From assembly GCA_012862495.1 (NCBI GenBank), contig BLSG01000104.1:1-51046 (forward strand): 51,046 bases of DNA, written 5' to 3'. This stretch comes from Thraustochytrium aureum (Eukaryota). The notes below the pieces were generated by a model, which searched no databases, was not told where the DNA came from, and saw only the letters and a list, made by a program, of their open reading frames with translations. The position numbers and the translations under genes are program-made. Below, piece by piece: positions 21,551 through 31,903 of the stretch (the stretch's first letter is position 1; the number at the start of each line of letters is the position of its first letter).

Positions 21551-23593
21551 TCACATAACAATTTCGTCAAAGGGGTTCGGCTTGCCCGGCGCAGGCTGCT
21601 GCCCGCTCGACGCTCCAGACCCAGCAAAGTTAGGCTGCGGTGGCCNNNNNNNNNNNNNNNNNNNNNNNNNNNNNNNNNNNNNNNNNNNNNNNNNNNNNNN
21701 NNNNNNNNNNNNNNNNNNNNNNNNNNNNNNNNNNNNNNNNNNNNNNNNNNNNNNNNNNNNNNNNNNNNNNNNNNNNNNNNNNNNNNNNNNNNNNNNNNNN
21801 NNNNNNNNNNNNNNNNNNNNNNNNNNNNNNNNNNNNNNNNNNNNNNNNNNNNNNNNNNNNNNNNNNNNNNNNNNNNNNNNNNNNNNNNNNNNNNNNNNNN
21901 NNNNNNNNNNNNNNNNNNCATGATCATGGGCAACGGAGTCCTGCTGTGAGCTGCGCCAGCCCACAGCGTCTGTGGCGCTCTGCTGGGTTCCCGGTACAGG
22001 ACCTGCTGCGCTACCTGCCCAGGCAGACCCAGTCATTTGCGCTCTCCTGATTGCCTCGTGCTGAGCTTGCGCTTGCGCCTGGACCTGTGCCTGTGCGTGG
22101 GCCAACGCTTGCGCCTGTGCGTGGGCGACATGCTGAGCCTGACTCGAATGTGTCGTGGAATGAACGTGCTGGCTCGGCGGTGCCGCATGCGCGTACTGGG
22201 CACTTGGCGTCGGGGCCGGGTTCTGGAACACCGCTGGGGCAGTCTGGCCCCAGCCAGGGGTAACAGGCCCGGCGAATGCGGGGCCGGGCGGGGCCTCCGC
22301 AATCGCTTTCAACTGCCAGTCAACAGGCGGCGTGCTGAATTTGATCGAATCGAACGGGTTCACCTCCTGGACCGCTGGCCCACCGTGCATAGCGTCTGGG
22401 GAGGACGCCGAGCCTCCACCACCACCACCAAAAAACTCGTCGTCAAAGCTCAAGCGAGGCGCTCTGGCCTCTCCCCAAGCCCCGGACGCTGGGCTTTGCG
22501 CAAAGCCCCCGCTACTGAGACCCCCCTCCTCCCCCTCGTCGTCGTCCCCTTGGAAACGCACTGTCTTGCAAGGCTGGACAAAGTCGGCCGAGTCGCTGCT
22601 GGCTCCAGAGCAGACCGAGTCAGCAAAGCTGTCTACGCTCGAAGCCGCAGCCCGCCGCGTCGAGCCGGAGGCGGCTGTCGCGTACCCCGACAACATGAGG
22701 GCGGCGCTTCCGGACGCAGTGTGCGCAGAGGCTTTGTGCGCAACGGGAGGCGCGCCTCCGCCGTCGCCCGCCTCTTCAATTGCAGCTCGGTGCATCTCTA
22801 GCGCCTCGAGGACATTTTCGTTTAGCGCAAGAAGCGAGGCGAGCTCCGATTCGCCCGCTCCGCTGACCAACGTGGCGATCTCGCGTTGAAACCCGTTCAA
22901 CTGGTTGACAAGCTGGTCCACCACCTCGTTGCCGACGACTTCGCCTCGTGTCGAAGCACTACCGACCATGGTTTGCAGCATCATGGTGGTGTTGTCTACC
23001 AGTTCTGCACGTTCAGCTTCAGAGCTCAGCGAGAGCTGCTCTCGCGGCGCGGCCACCGGAGAACCACTGCCTTGAGCCCCGTGCTCGCCAAATTCGGGAA
23101 AGGACCAGCCTTTCTTTCGCATAGCCTCGTACGTCTCCACGAAGGCGCGGCCAATGGCGAGCTTGGTCTTGAAAGCAATGCCCCACGTCTGGATCAACGC
23201 AAGGCACTTTTGCGCCTGCTCCTTTCGAGCTCGGTCGCCCCCCTTGGCCAGCTTGACGGTCTTGGTCATTTGCTTCATCAGCTTTCGATTCGCCATGGCG
23301 TGGTGGAAGTCCGTATGGCAGACTTTCATCAGGAGCTCCATAAGGAAAAGTGCGTTCATCACTGTGGCGTGTCTCAGCGATTTGAGCTTTTTGCGCATCC
23401 TCCGGACGATCTCGCTCAGCGGCCTCGGCTCGAGGATCGGCAGCACCATGTCGGCAATCTTGCGATTAGTCTCCCCGTTGGGTACCGCCGACCCGTCCGT
23501 CGCCACATCGATCAGGTCCAGAATCTCCGCCTCGACGGCCTTGCTCACTTTCGTCGTCGAGTAAAACTGAGCCGTCACCCCTTTGAGCGACAT
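21551..23593 (-). CDS. TOM1-like VHS + GAT domain endosomal sorting protein (spans a gap)
   Basis: VHS (IDVATD...NALFLMELLMKVC...FH...CLALIQTWG...YEAMRKKGWSFP), GAT (ESELASLLALNENVLEAL), low-complexity tail with NPF motifs. Confidence 0.88.
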   Translation of the reverse strand: MSLKGVTAQFYSTTKVSKAVEAEILDLIDVATDGSAVPNGETNRKIADMVLPILEPRPLSEIVRRMRKKLKSLRHATVMNALFLMELLMKVCHTDFHHAMANRKLMKQMTKTVKLAKGGDRARKEQAQKCLALIQTWGIAFKTKLAIGRAFVETYEAMRKKGWSFPEFGEHGAQGSGSPVAAPREQLSLSSEAERAELVDNTTMMLQTMVGSASTRGEVVGNEVVDQLVNQLNGFQREIATLVSGAGESELASLLALNENVLEALEMHRAAIEEAGDGGGAPPVAHKASAHTASGSAALMLSGYATAASGSTRRAAASSVDSFADSVCSGASSDSADFVQPCKTVRFQGDDDEGEEGGLSSGGFAQSPASGAWGEARAPRLSFDDEFFGGGGGGSASSPDAMHGGPAVQEVNPFDSIKFSTPPVDWQLKAIAEAPPGPAFAGPVTPGWGQTAPAVFQNPAPTPSAQYAHAAPPSQHVHSTTHSSQAQHVAHAQAQALAHAQAQVQAQAQAQHEAIRRAQMTGSAWAGSAAGPVPGTQQSATDAVGWRSSQQDSVAHDHXXXXXXXXXXXXXXXXXXXXXXXXXXXXXXXXXXXXXXXXXXXXXXXXXXXXXXXXXXXXXXXXXXXXXXXXXXXXXXXXXXXXXXXXXXXXPPQPNFAGSGASSGQQPAPGKPNPFDEIVM

Positions 23594-23984
23594 CTCGCGT
23601 CCTGGCGTCGCGCGATTGTCGAAAGCGTCCGAGCGTCAAGGGTCTCCGTGCGCGCTTGCGCGCGTGCGTCCGCACGTCTGCGCGTCCAAGCGTCCAGCGT
23701 CCGAGCGTCCGCCCTGCCTTTGTGCGCGTTCGCGGGCGTGCGTCGCGCCGCCCAGTCGGCTGCAGTGGGAGCCGCACTCCGCCGACCTGGAGAGCCCCAT
23801 GCACAGCCAGCAGCCCCCGCGAGCCTTCCTCCGGCCCTGCCCGCGCGCTCCAGCTCCTCCAGCGCCTCGTCCTGCTCGGTCGTCCGCAGCTGTTGGGGGT
23901 CTGTCTGTCGGTCTGTGAGTACGCTGGGGCGCGGGGGCGAGAGAACACTCGAGTCGAGCAGGAGGATGCACAGGACACCAAGGA

Positions 23985-24018
23985 CAGGCAGCAGGCAGGC
24001 AGGCAGGCAGGCAGGCAG
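23985..24018. repeat. (GGCA)n microsatellite in the divergent intergenic region
   Basis: ggcagcaggcaggcaggcaggcaggcaggcag, read directly. Confidence 0.85.
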
Positions 24019-24145
24019 ACGCCCAGCAACAGCAGCCCGAAGAAGACCTCGAGCGGAGCAGCAGCAGGGGCAGGGGCAGGAGCAACAGCGGCGCGAGGTG
24101 GTGGTGGTCCTGGTGGTGACGGGACGGGACGGGAGGTAGGGAGGA

Positions 24146-25152
24146 ATGGGCTCGTTTTGGAGGCTCGTACGTGCGGCTGCTGCTGCTGGCGCCGTGCTGG
24201 TCGATGATCGCGCGTGGACGCGGGCGATGATGGGCATGCCGTGCGCGCCGTTGGTGGAGAAGGATGGCGCTGTGCAGGAGTTTAGCTTTGCCGCGATTAA
24301 GGACTCGAGGAAGGAGGTGCTGCTGATGCCGGATGATACGGATAATGGCGCGCTGTTGTACTTTGCGGTTTGCCAGCCTCTGGCGGCGGTCAGCCCGGTC
24401 GGCGAGTCGTGCGGGAAAGGGGTCAGTGTTGCTTCGATCAATATCGAGGGCTGCAAAGGGTGGGGGGCCCTTGAAGCGGCGTCTGGGTGGAAAGGCACAG
24501 AGTACGGGATTTCCAACACGTTCTCCTTCGTCAAAGACAGCGCCGGGGCGGGCTGCGACAAGGGCCGCCACGCCACAATCGAGCTGCGGTGCATTCTAAG
24601 CGAGCAAGCAGCTTCTGCAGAAATCCTGGCGGCGGTAGATGCCGAGTCGTGCAGCGTCTCGATCGTATACCCGACCGAAGCAGGGTGCAGCGTCGGCACG
24701 CGCCCCCCGGTCCGGCCTCGCCCGCAACGTCGCCGTCGTCCATTCCTGGCAGCAGCGGCGAGCCGACTCCGCGCCCAAACGGGGACGGCGGGAGGGGCGG
24801 GTCTTCTGGGTTTGCAGTTTTCCTGACGATTCTCCTCATCGGAATTCTCCTGTACTGCGGCGTAGGGGTGGCCCTCAACATTCGCAACGAGGGCCGCCGC
24901 GGGCTTGACGCAATTCCTCATCGCGAGTTTTGGCTTGCCCTACCGAGCCTGGCTATACAGGTCGCGTATGTGCTGTACGACAAAGTATCGGAATTGTGCG
25001 GTGCGGCTTCAGCGCACGGCCCCGCCTCGTTCCAGTCCTTTGGCAGTACGCTCAACTCACCGAGCACGCACCAGGCGGCAGGCTCGATGGCGGGTGGCGG
25101 CCAGCGGGCGCCGGGGCCGCCAGGGCCCCCAGGCAGCTATTCGGTTATCTAG
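24146..25152 (+). CDS. Mannose-6-phosphate receptor / ATG27-like membrane protein; frameshift near 24705
   Basis: Signal peptide, MRH-like Cys pattern (FAVCQPL...GC...GCDKGRHATIELRC...SC...TEAGC), TM FLTILLIGILLYCGVGVAL, GLDAIPHREFW signature, C-terminal YSVI. Confidence 0.85.
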
Positions 25153-25458
25153 CTAGCGTTTCGCAATCTCAAGGCCTGTGCAGTTGGTAGGAACTCCACC
25201 GAACCCCCTGGCCCTTGCATTGCGGGTGGCCCGCGGTCGATCGCGGTCGCTCCGGCCTCGCCCCTTCGCCCTTGGTCTGTTTCGCAGCACTCGAGCGAGC
25301 CGCGCCGCGCGGGCCGTTTGGAGGCGTGCGAGCGCCGCCCCGCCGCTCCGGGCTCCCGTGCAGCCTCTCGCTACCCTCGGCAACGCATCAAGCCGAGCGA
25401 CTGAGCGGCCCAGCCCAGCGCCAGCACAACGGCCCGCATCGCGGCGTCGTGGAGCAGG

Positions 25459-26666
25459 ATGGACGCAAGAATGGACGCGACGGCGGAGGTGGAGCACCAG
25501 CAGCAACAGCAGCAGCAGNNNNNNNNNNNNNNNNNNNNNNNNNNNNNNNNNNNNNNNNNNNNNNNNNNNNNNNNNNNNNNNNNNNNNNNNNNNNNNNNNN
25601 NNNNNNNNNNNNNNAAGTCCGGGTCCGGCAAGACCTCGATGCGGGTAAGTGCGCTGCGGCGCGGCGGGCTGGTCAGCGGACTAGCGGACTAGCGGACTAG
25701 CGGAGCGCGCTGGTGGGTGGACAGCGGGGCTGACGTGCGCGCGCCGCAGAGCATTATATTCGCCAACTATCTGGCGAGAGACACGATGCGGCTGGGACCC
25801 ACGCTCGACGTGGAGCACAGCCACGTGCGGTTCCTGGGCAACCTCGTGCTGGTAAGTGCAGAACATCGAGAGAGCTGCCCGGTCGCCCGCCCGCGGTGGT
25901 ACGCTGACGCTTGCGGCGCGCGCAGAACCTGTGGGACTGCGGCGGCCAGGACGCCTTTTACGAAAACTACTTTGAGAGCCAACGCGACCACATCTTCAGC
26001 AACGTCGCCGTGCTCATCTACGTGTTCGACATCGAGAGCGCGCAAACAGAAAAAGACCTCGCCTACTACGAGGGGTGCCTAGAGGCCATCACGCAAAACT
26101 CGGACGAGGCCAACATCTTCGTCCTCATCCACAAGATGGACTTGATCCAAGACCCCGTGCAACGCCAGCGCGTTTTTGAAGAGCGCCAGGCCGTCGTGCT
26201 AAGCCGCTCCGCCGGCATGAAGGCCCGCTGCTTCGGAACCTCGATCTGGGACGAAACATTGTACAAGGCTTGGTCCGCCATCGTCTACTCGCTCATCCCC
26301 GACATGGAGGTCCTGGAGGGGCACCTCAGCAACCTGTGCGAGATCTGCGACGCCGACGAGGTCGTCCTTTTCGAGCATGCCACGTTCTTGGTCATCAGCC
26401 ACGCGACGCGAAAGCTGCACGGCGACGTGCACCGCTTCGAGAAGATCAGCAACATTATCAAGCAGTTCAAGCTCAGCTGCGGCAAGAGCATGGCGCAGTT
26501 CCAGAGCATGTCGGTGCGCAACTCCAACTTTACCGCCTACATCGACGTGTTTACTGCCAATACGTACATCATGGTCATCGTCTCCGACCCGGACGTGCAC
26601 TCTGCGGTGGTGCACCACAACCTGGGCTCTGCGCGTGCCAACTTTGACGCAACCCTTCGTCTCTAA
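25459..26666 (+). CDS. RRAGA: Ras-related GTP-binding protein RagA/B (Gtr1); introns 25645-25749 and 25852-25925; start uncertain (gap)
   Basis: Spliced [88 protein letters not shown]. Confidence 0.96.
25645..25749 (+). other. Spliceosomal intron 1 of RagA (contains an AGCGGACT tandem repeat)
   Basis: GTAAGT donor, GCTGAC branch at 25729-25734, CAG acceptor; removal restores the conserved sequence. Confidence 0.93.
25852..25925 (+). other. Spliceosomal intron 2 of RagA
   Basis: GTAAGT donor, GCTGAC branch at 25903-25908, CAG acceptor; removal restores [12 protein letters not shown]. Confidence 0.93.
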
Positions 26667-26910
26667 GTCGCTGTGGGTCTTCGCGCTCGCCTCCTCCTTT
26701 TGCATCGAGGTGGAGGCGGCTCGAGCCCCGCCCAGGTGCTGCAAAACTTGTGTCCCAGCAAAGCGCGGCCTGTCCCTTACCGTGGCGGTTGGCAGGGCGC
26801 TAGCTGGAGTAGCTAAAAAGGCTCGGACAGATTGATTGACCCCTTGGACCCTCGCGCCCCGCAAGCCCCCTTGCTCGCGCCAACCCTCGTCGTTGACCGC
26901 GCCGGTGCGC

Positions 26911-26949
26911 CAAGCCCGCGAGCGCCAAGCCTGCGAGCGCCAAGCCTGC
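26911..26949. repeat. 15-bp tandem repeat running into a gap
   Basis: CAAGCC(C/T)GCGAGCGC units. Confidence 0.7.
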
Positions 26950-27310
26950 NNNNNNNNNNNNNNNNNNNNNNNNNNNNNNNNNNNNNNNNNNNNNNNNNNN
27001 NNNNNNNNNNNNNNNNNNNNNNNNNNNNNNNNNNNNNNNNNNNNNNNNNNNNNNNNNNNNNNNNNNNNNNNNNNNNNNNNNNNNNNNNNNNNNNNNNNNN
27101 NNNNNNNNNNNNNNNNNNNNNNNNNNNNNNNNNNNNNNNNNNNNNNNNNNNNNNNNNNNAAGCGTCTAATAGTGTCGTGCAAAACGTTGCGTTTAGCGAC
27201 CGCGCGTTGCCAAGGCAAGAGGCAGACCTGGCTGACAGTGAGCTCCTCCCTCCCTGCTCACGCACCGGGTCAGGAGGCTCTCTCGCAAGCACGGCGCACA
27301 AGCGTCGCAA

Positions 27311-28846
27311 ATGACGAGGTCGCCGACGATGGTTGCTCGCCGGCGAGCCACGCAGCGCTTTGCCTCCACGTTTGCCAAGATGCACGGTCTCGGCAAAGGA
27401 CGTAACCGCGCGATCTTGCTGCTGCTCGCGTGCGCGGCGCTCGCGTTCGTTGCGCTAGTTGGCACAGCGGCGAGACTGTACAGGGCCGCGCGCAGTGGGC
27501 TCGACACGGCAGGCGTCGGGGGAGGAGGGGGTGCCACGTCTGCCGGCGGCCAGACAGCAGACACCCCAAGCGACGAGGCCCACAGGGCCGGCCTGCAGAA
27601 GGCGCTTCGCGGCGTCGCGCACTCGACCGAGTACTGGGTGCCCTATGCGAACGATCAGTTCAACGCGCCGCCGCTGCGGCCAAAGGCCAGTTTTGACCAC
27701 GACCGATACGTCACCTTCGAGGACGACACGGGCGGCTGGAACAACATTCGCATGGCGTTCGAGGTGTTTGTGGTAGTGGCAAAAGCCACTGGCCGCATCC
27801 TCGTCCTGCCTCCGCGGTGTCGATTCTATCTCCTCGACCGCGGCCCTATCACAGCCTTCGACAAGGCGGCGAACAGTCGCGAGACCTCCAGCTATGACGA
27901 CTACTATGATTTTGACGTCCTCCGCAAGCATGTTCAGATAATCACGACCGAGCAGTTCCTCGAGCGGGAGAAGGCGGCGCTCGGCATTCCGGAAGAGCTT
28001 GTTGAGACTGCCAGCAAGCCGCAGATGGTCAGCAACGGATTTCACTCCGAGTATTTTCTGTGGCTCCGCGAGTGCAAGGATGCCGTAATATGGCCCAGTG
28101 GCCCACGCTTTGCTCCTGATTTTAGCCTCGAGGGGCCCGAGATTCACCCTGAGGCCAAGCTGCTGCACTTCCCTATGCATGTCAGCAAGGGCCTTAGGTA
28201 CCTGGGCGGGGCCCCCGTGCTCCTGCGCAACCTCCCGGCCCAGTCGGTCATCGAGATCAAGCGCTTTATTCGCGTCGCGCTCGTGTACGCGCCGCACATT
28301 TACCGCGCCGCCCAAGCGTACATTCAGCTTATGGGCGGCTTCAACGCGTTCACGTCGCTCCACATTCGCCGCAACGAGCTCCAGTACAAGAGCGTGTTCG
28401 TCTCCGCCGAGGAGTCGGCGCGGAACGTCATGCCGCTCGTCAATCCCGGCGAGAAGGTTTACCTTGCAACGGACGAGATGGCGTCCGGGTTTTTCAAGCC
28501 GTTTTCGGAGCGTGGCATTCAGGTGCTGCGGATGGGCGACCTCCGAGCGAGAGTGGAGCAAGCTATCGGCCCCGTCAATCCCAAGTACGAGGGCATGATT
28601 GAGCAAGTGGTGTGCGCTGCGGCCCGCACTTTTGCAGGGACGCCTTACTCGTCGTACACGGCGCATATCATGCGCCTCAGAGGATACATGCACGACAGTG
28701 CGACCGACCCGATCGAGCGCGGCTGCTTTTACCACACCAAAGACTATTCAGACTCGGTGGTGCTGCGCAAAGAGTACCGTCGTTGCTCGAGCAGCTTTCT
28801 CGGCGAGATCCAGATGTCCAATGTGAACAGTGGGAAGACCGGTTGA
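27311..28846 (+). CDS. GDP-fucose protein O-fucosyltransferase family (POFUT2-like), type II membrane
   Basis: N-terminal TM; GGWNNIRMAFE, GRILVLPP, SLHIRRNE, VYLATDE, IEQVVCAAARTFAGTPYSSYT. Confidence 0.88.
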   Translation: MTRSPTMVARRRATQRFASTFAKMHGLGKGRNRAILLLLACAALAFVALVGTAARLYRAARSGLDTAGVGGGGGATSAGGQTADTPSDEAHRAGLQKALRGVAHSTEYWVPYANDQFNAPPLRPKASFDHDRYVTFEDDTGGWNNIRMAFEVFVVVAKATGRILVLPPRCRFYLLDRGPITAFDKAANSRETSSYDDYYDFDVLRKHVQIITTEQFLEREKAALGIPEELVETASKPQMVSNGFHSEYFLWLRECKDAVIWPSGPRFAPDFSLEGPEIHPEAKLLHFPMHVSKGLRYLGGAPVLLRNLPAQSVIEIKRFIRVALVYAPHIYRAAQAYIQLMGGFNAFTSLHIRRNELQYKSVFVSAEESARNVMPLVNPGEKVYLATDEMASGFFKPFSERGIQVLRMGDLRARVEQAIGPVNPKYEGMIEQVVCAAARTFAGTPYSSYTAHIMRLRGYMHDSATDPIERGCFYHTKDYSDSVVLRKEYRRCSSSFLGEIQMSNVNSGKTG

Positions 28847-29002
28847 GGGCTTGCTTGATTGAACACTAAGGAGTAGCGCAGTATACATCGTCTCTTCCAA
28901 TTCTTCTAGGGAGTACCTCGTTTTCGAAGCGCCAAGCCACGCGCCACGCCAAGCGCTGGCTCTGCGGCACATCTTGGCAATTCAGCTGTTGCATGGCCTG
29001 TC

Positions 29003-29920
29003 TCACCTCGCCGGCGCCTCGAAAGGCTCGTCAGCCCCCGCGGCGGTTGGGTCCTTGACGGGCTGTGAAGCAGCCGCCTCGAGCGCAAGCCGCCAGCCTT
29101 CGGAGACAAAGTCGTACGCGCGCTTGGATGGCTCCCACGGAAGCAGATGAAAGACGTGCGAACCCTTTTGGTAGCACCAGTGCCGAACATCGACGCCGTG
29201 CTTGGCAAGCGCAAGCTCAAGAATTCGAGAGTCGTCGCGGAGCGGGTCGCGGCCCCCACTGATGATGGTCGTTGGGGGCAAGCCTTCCAAGCCTCGCTCC
29301 GCCTGCAAAGGGCACACGCGGCGGTCCTCCAAAAGGCGGTCCGACTCCTCCAGCGATTCGCGCAAGTAGGCTCGCCCGAACCAATCGGACGCAAATCCCG
29401 GCAACAGTGGAGCATTGTGGAACTGATTGGCGCTCGGCGTGAGGCGGTTGAGGAAGAGCGGAGGAAACAGCGGTGCAAGAAATACTGCCCGCAGCCGCTG
29501 CATCTCTGCCGGGGCAGGCGTCAAGTCGCCTTGGAGCCCGTCTCTGAGCAAAGTGGCCATGACCAGCGTGAGGTTGGCTCCAGCAGAGTCGCCTGAGATC
29601 CCAAGACGCGAGCGGTCCAGCCCGGGAAGCTCTGCGTCAGCCGCGTCCGAAGCCAGCCAGCGCAGAGCGTCGTACGAGTCCAGCACGGGGACTGGGAAGC
29701 GATTTTCTGGGGCCCTGCGGTAGTGCGGCACCACAACATACGCACCGAGCTCGGTCGCCAGCCGGACCACAGACTTGGCGACGGTCTCGCTTCGCGCGTC
29801 GCCAATCACAAAACCGCCACCGTGAAGGTAGACGACCACGGGGGTGTTCTCCTTACCCAAGAGCGCGAGTGGCTTGACTAGGCGCACCAACATACCCTTG
29901 GTGCCGTCGCCGCTGTCGAC
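29003..29920 (-). CDS. Alpha/beta hydrolase, hormone-sensitive-lipase (GDXG) family; 5' end in gap
   Basis: YLHGGGF oxyanion motif, YRRAPENRFP, GDSAGANL nucleophile, DPLRDD and HVF completing the triad. Confidence 0.93.
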   Translation of the reverse strand, partial: VDSGDGTKGMLVRLVKPLALLGKENTPVVVYLHGGGFVIGDARSETVAKSVVRLATELGAYVVVPHYRRAPENRFPVPVLDSYDALRWLASDAADAELPGLDRSRLGISGDSAGANLTLVMATLLRDGLQGDLTPAPAEMQRLRAVFLAPLFPPLFLNRLTPSANQFHNAPLLPGFASDWFGRAYLRESLEESDRLLEDRRVCPLQAERGLEGLPPTTIISGGRDPLRDDSRILELALAKHGVDVRHWCYQKGSHVFHLLPWEPSKRAYDFVSEGWRLALEAAASQPVKDPTAAGADEPFEAPAR

Positions 29921-30229
29921 NNNNNNNNNNNNNNNNNNNNNNNNNNNNNNNNNNNNNNNNNNNNNNNNNNNNNNNNNNNNNNNNNNNNNNNNNNNNNNNN
30001 NNNNNNNNNNNNNNNNNNNNNNNNNNNNNNNNNNNNNNNNNNNNNNNNNNNNNNNNNNNNNNNNNNNNNNNNNNNNNNNNNNNNNNNNNNNNNNNNNNNN
30101 NNNNNNNNNNNNNNNNNNNNNNNNNNNNNNNNNNNNNNNNNNNNNNNNNNNNNNNNNNNNNNNNNNNNNNNNNNNNNNNNNNNNNNNNNNNNNNNNNNNN
30201 NNNNNNNNNNNNNNNNNNNNNNNNNNNNN

Positions 30230-30530
30230 CCTCCTTTTCGTAGCGGCCGGCAGGCCGAGCGGGACCGTCCGGCGTCTTGCTGCGGTCAAACGTTCCATCC
30301 CCATGCATGCCGGCGCCCTTCATAAGCACTTTCATGTATTCGCCAAAGGCGCGAGTCAGGCAGTGGTGTTCGCCGCAGCCCGTGCAGCAAACGTGGAGAC
30401 AACCACGAGTGGCGATGCATGTGGGCGGCTTCCTGTTGCGCAGCCTCATCATGTCCGGGACTTGGTCATCCCTGCAAATGAATTGCTCGAAAGGCGCCGC
30501 GTCCAGGTCATACTGCGGAGGACTCGCCAT
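30230..30530 (-). CDS. Cys-rich hypothetical ORF running into a gap (separate gene or N-terminus of the hydrolase)
   Basis: ATG at 30530 (MASPPQYDLDAAPFEQFIC...CLHVCCTGCGEHHC), open to the gap. Confidence 0.35.
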
Positions 30531-31283
30531 CTCCCTTCGCAGTCGCAGGCGCCGTTGCACGTACTCTCGAAGATCTGGCCGGGCAGGAAGGCAAGCTATT
30601 GGTTCGCCTTAACCCGCTTGGCCGGTCGCTGGCGGCCCTCTTCAATAGGGATTTGCCCTCGCGAGCTCGCGCGCTGCCTCTCGCTCCATTCTCAACCAAC
30701 TCGGCGTCCCACACCTTGTGTGTGTCTTGGTGCGATTCGTTTTTGTGATGACGTTGAGAAAATCAATCATGCATGCGCCAAGGCATGAATGCGCCATTCC
30801 GCTCACGCGTTAGGCCAGCGTGTCGTCAGACTGGCGAGCACCCGTAGCCGGCCGCATCCAGACGGCGTCGCGCAGAGGGCCGCGCATGGCACGCACGCGC
30901 CAGCGCCGCATGCTCGATCGACAGCTCAACAGCGAGTAGCTCTGTCGAGCGAGCCAGTCGCGAGCGGCCAACAGCGGCCAACGGCGGCTTGGAGAGAAGG
31001 CCGCGAGCGGAAACGGCGCGCCGGCCCGGTCCGTTTGTAAGCTGTGGGGCTTGGGAGTCTGCGAGCCAGCTGGGACGCGCGACTTGTTCGGTCGGCATCG
31101 CAAGGCCTTTTTTGGTTTTCGCTGGTTGGTTTCTTGCGCGGCGAGCATCGAGGGCGTTTGCGCACTAGCGGCTGGGGCCGCAGGAGGAGCGCGCGCCGCC
31201 TCGCGCCTTCAAGCCGCGCTTGGCTTTTCAACAAGAAGAAGAAGAGCGCTGATTCAAAAGAGTACCCTCTAGTAGTTTAGTCG

Positions 31284-31504
31284 TTAGTTGTAGTACAGCT
31301 CCAGGCCCATTCCGTCGTGGATCTCGTAGTCTTCCAGCGTGATGTGATCTTTGTAGATCGTGTACCACTTCTGGATCCTAATCTTCTCCGGCCGTGTGCC
31401 GGTCTGCGCCGCCACGAGCTTCTTCAGGTCGCCAATCGTGTCGTCCTCGTTGCACTTGACCCGGATCTTCTTGCCAAGGCGGTCGTTCAAAACACCTCAA
31501 TCAT
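31284..31504 (-). CDS. UBL5: Ubiquitin-like protein 5 (Hub1); one base missing in codon 5
   Basis: [36 protein letters not shown]...[24 protein letters not shown]; 221 nt versus 222 expected. Confidence 0.96.
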
Positions 31505-31903
31505 NNNNNNNNNNNNNNNNNNNNNNNNNNNNNNNNNNNNNNNNNNNNNNNNNNNNNNNNNNNNNNNNNNNNNNNNNNNNNNNNNNNNNNNNNNNNNNNN
31601 NNNNNNNNNNNNNNNNNNNNNNNNNNNNNNNNNNNNNNNNNNNNNNNNNNNNNNNNNNNNNNNNNNNNNNNNNNNNNNNNNNNNNNNNNNNNNNNNNNNN
31701 NNNNNNNNNNNNNNNNNNNNNNNNNNNNNNNNNNNNNNNNNNNNNNNNNNNNNNNNNNNNNNNNNNNNNNNNNNNNNNNNNNNNNNNNNNNNNNNNNNNN
31801 NNNNNNNNNNNNNNNNNNNNNNNNNNNNNNNNNNNNNNNNNNNNNNNNNNNNCGCGCTCGCTGCTTGCTGACAGAGCCAGGCGTCGCGCCGTTGGCGGAG
31901 CAG

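Noticed and set aside
27311..28846. Functional link between the O-fucosyltransferase and the EGF-7TM proteins
   Set aside because: They are 16 kb apart, the enzyme looks POFUT2-like rather than EGF-specific, and nothing beyond co-occurrence supports a link.
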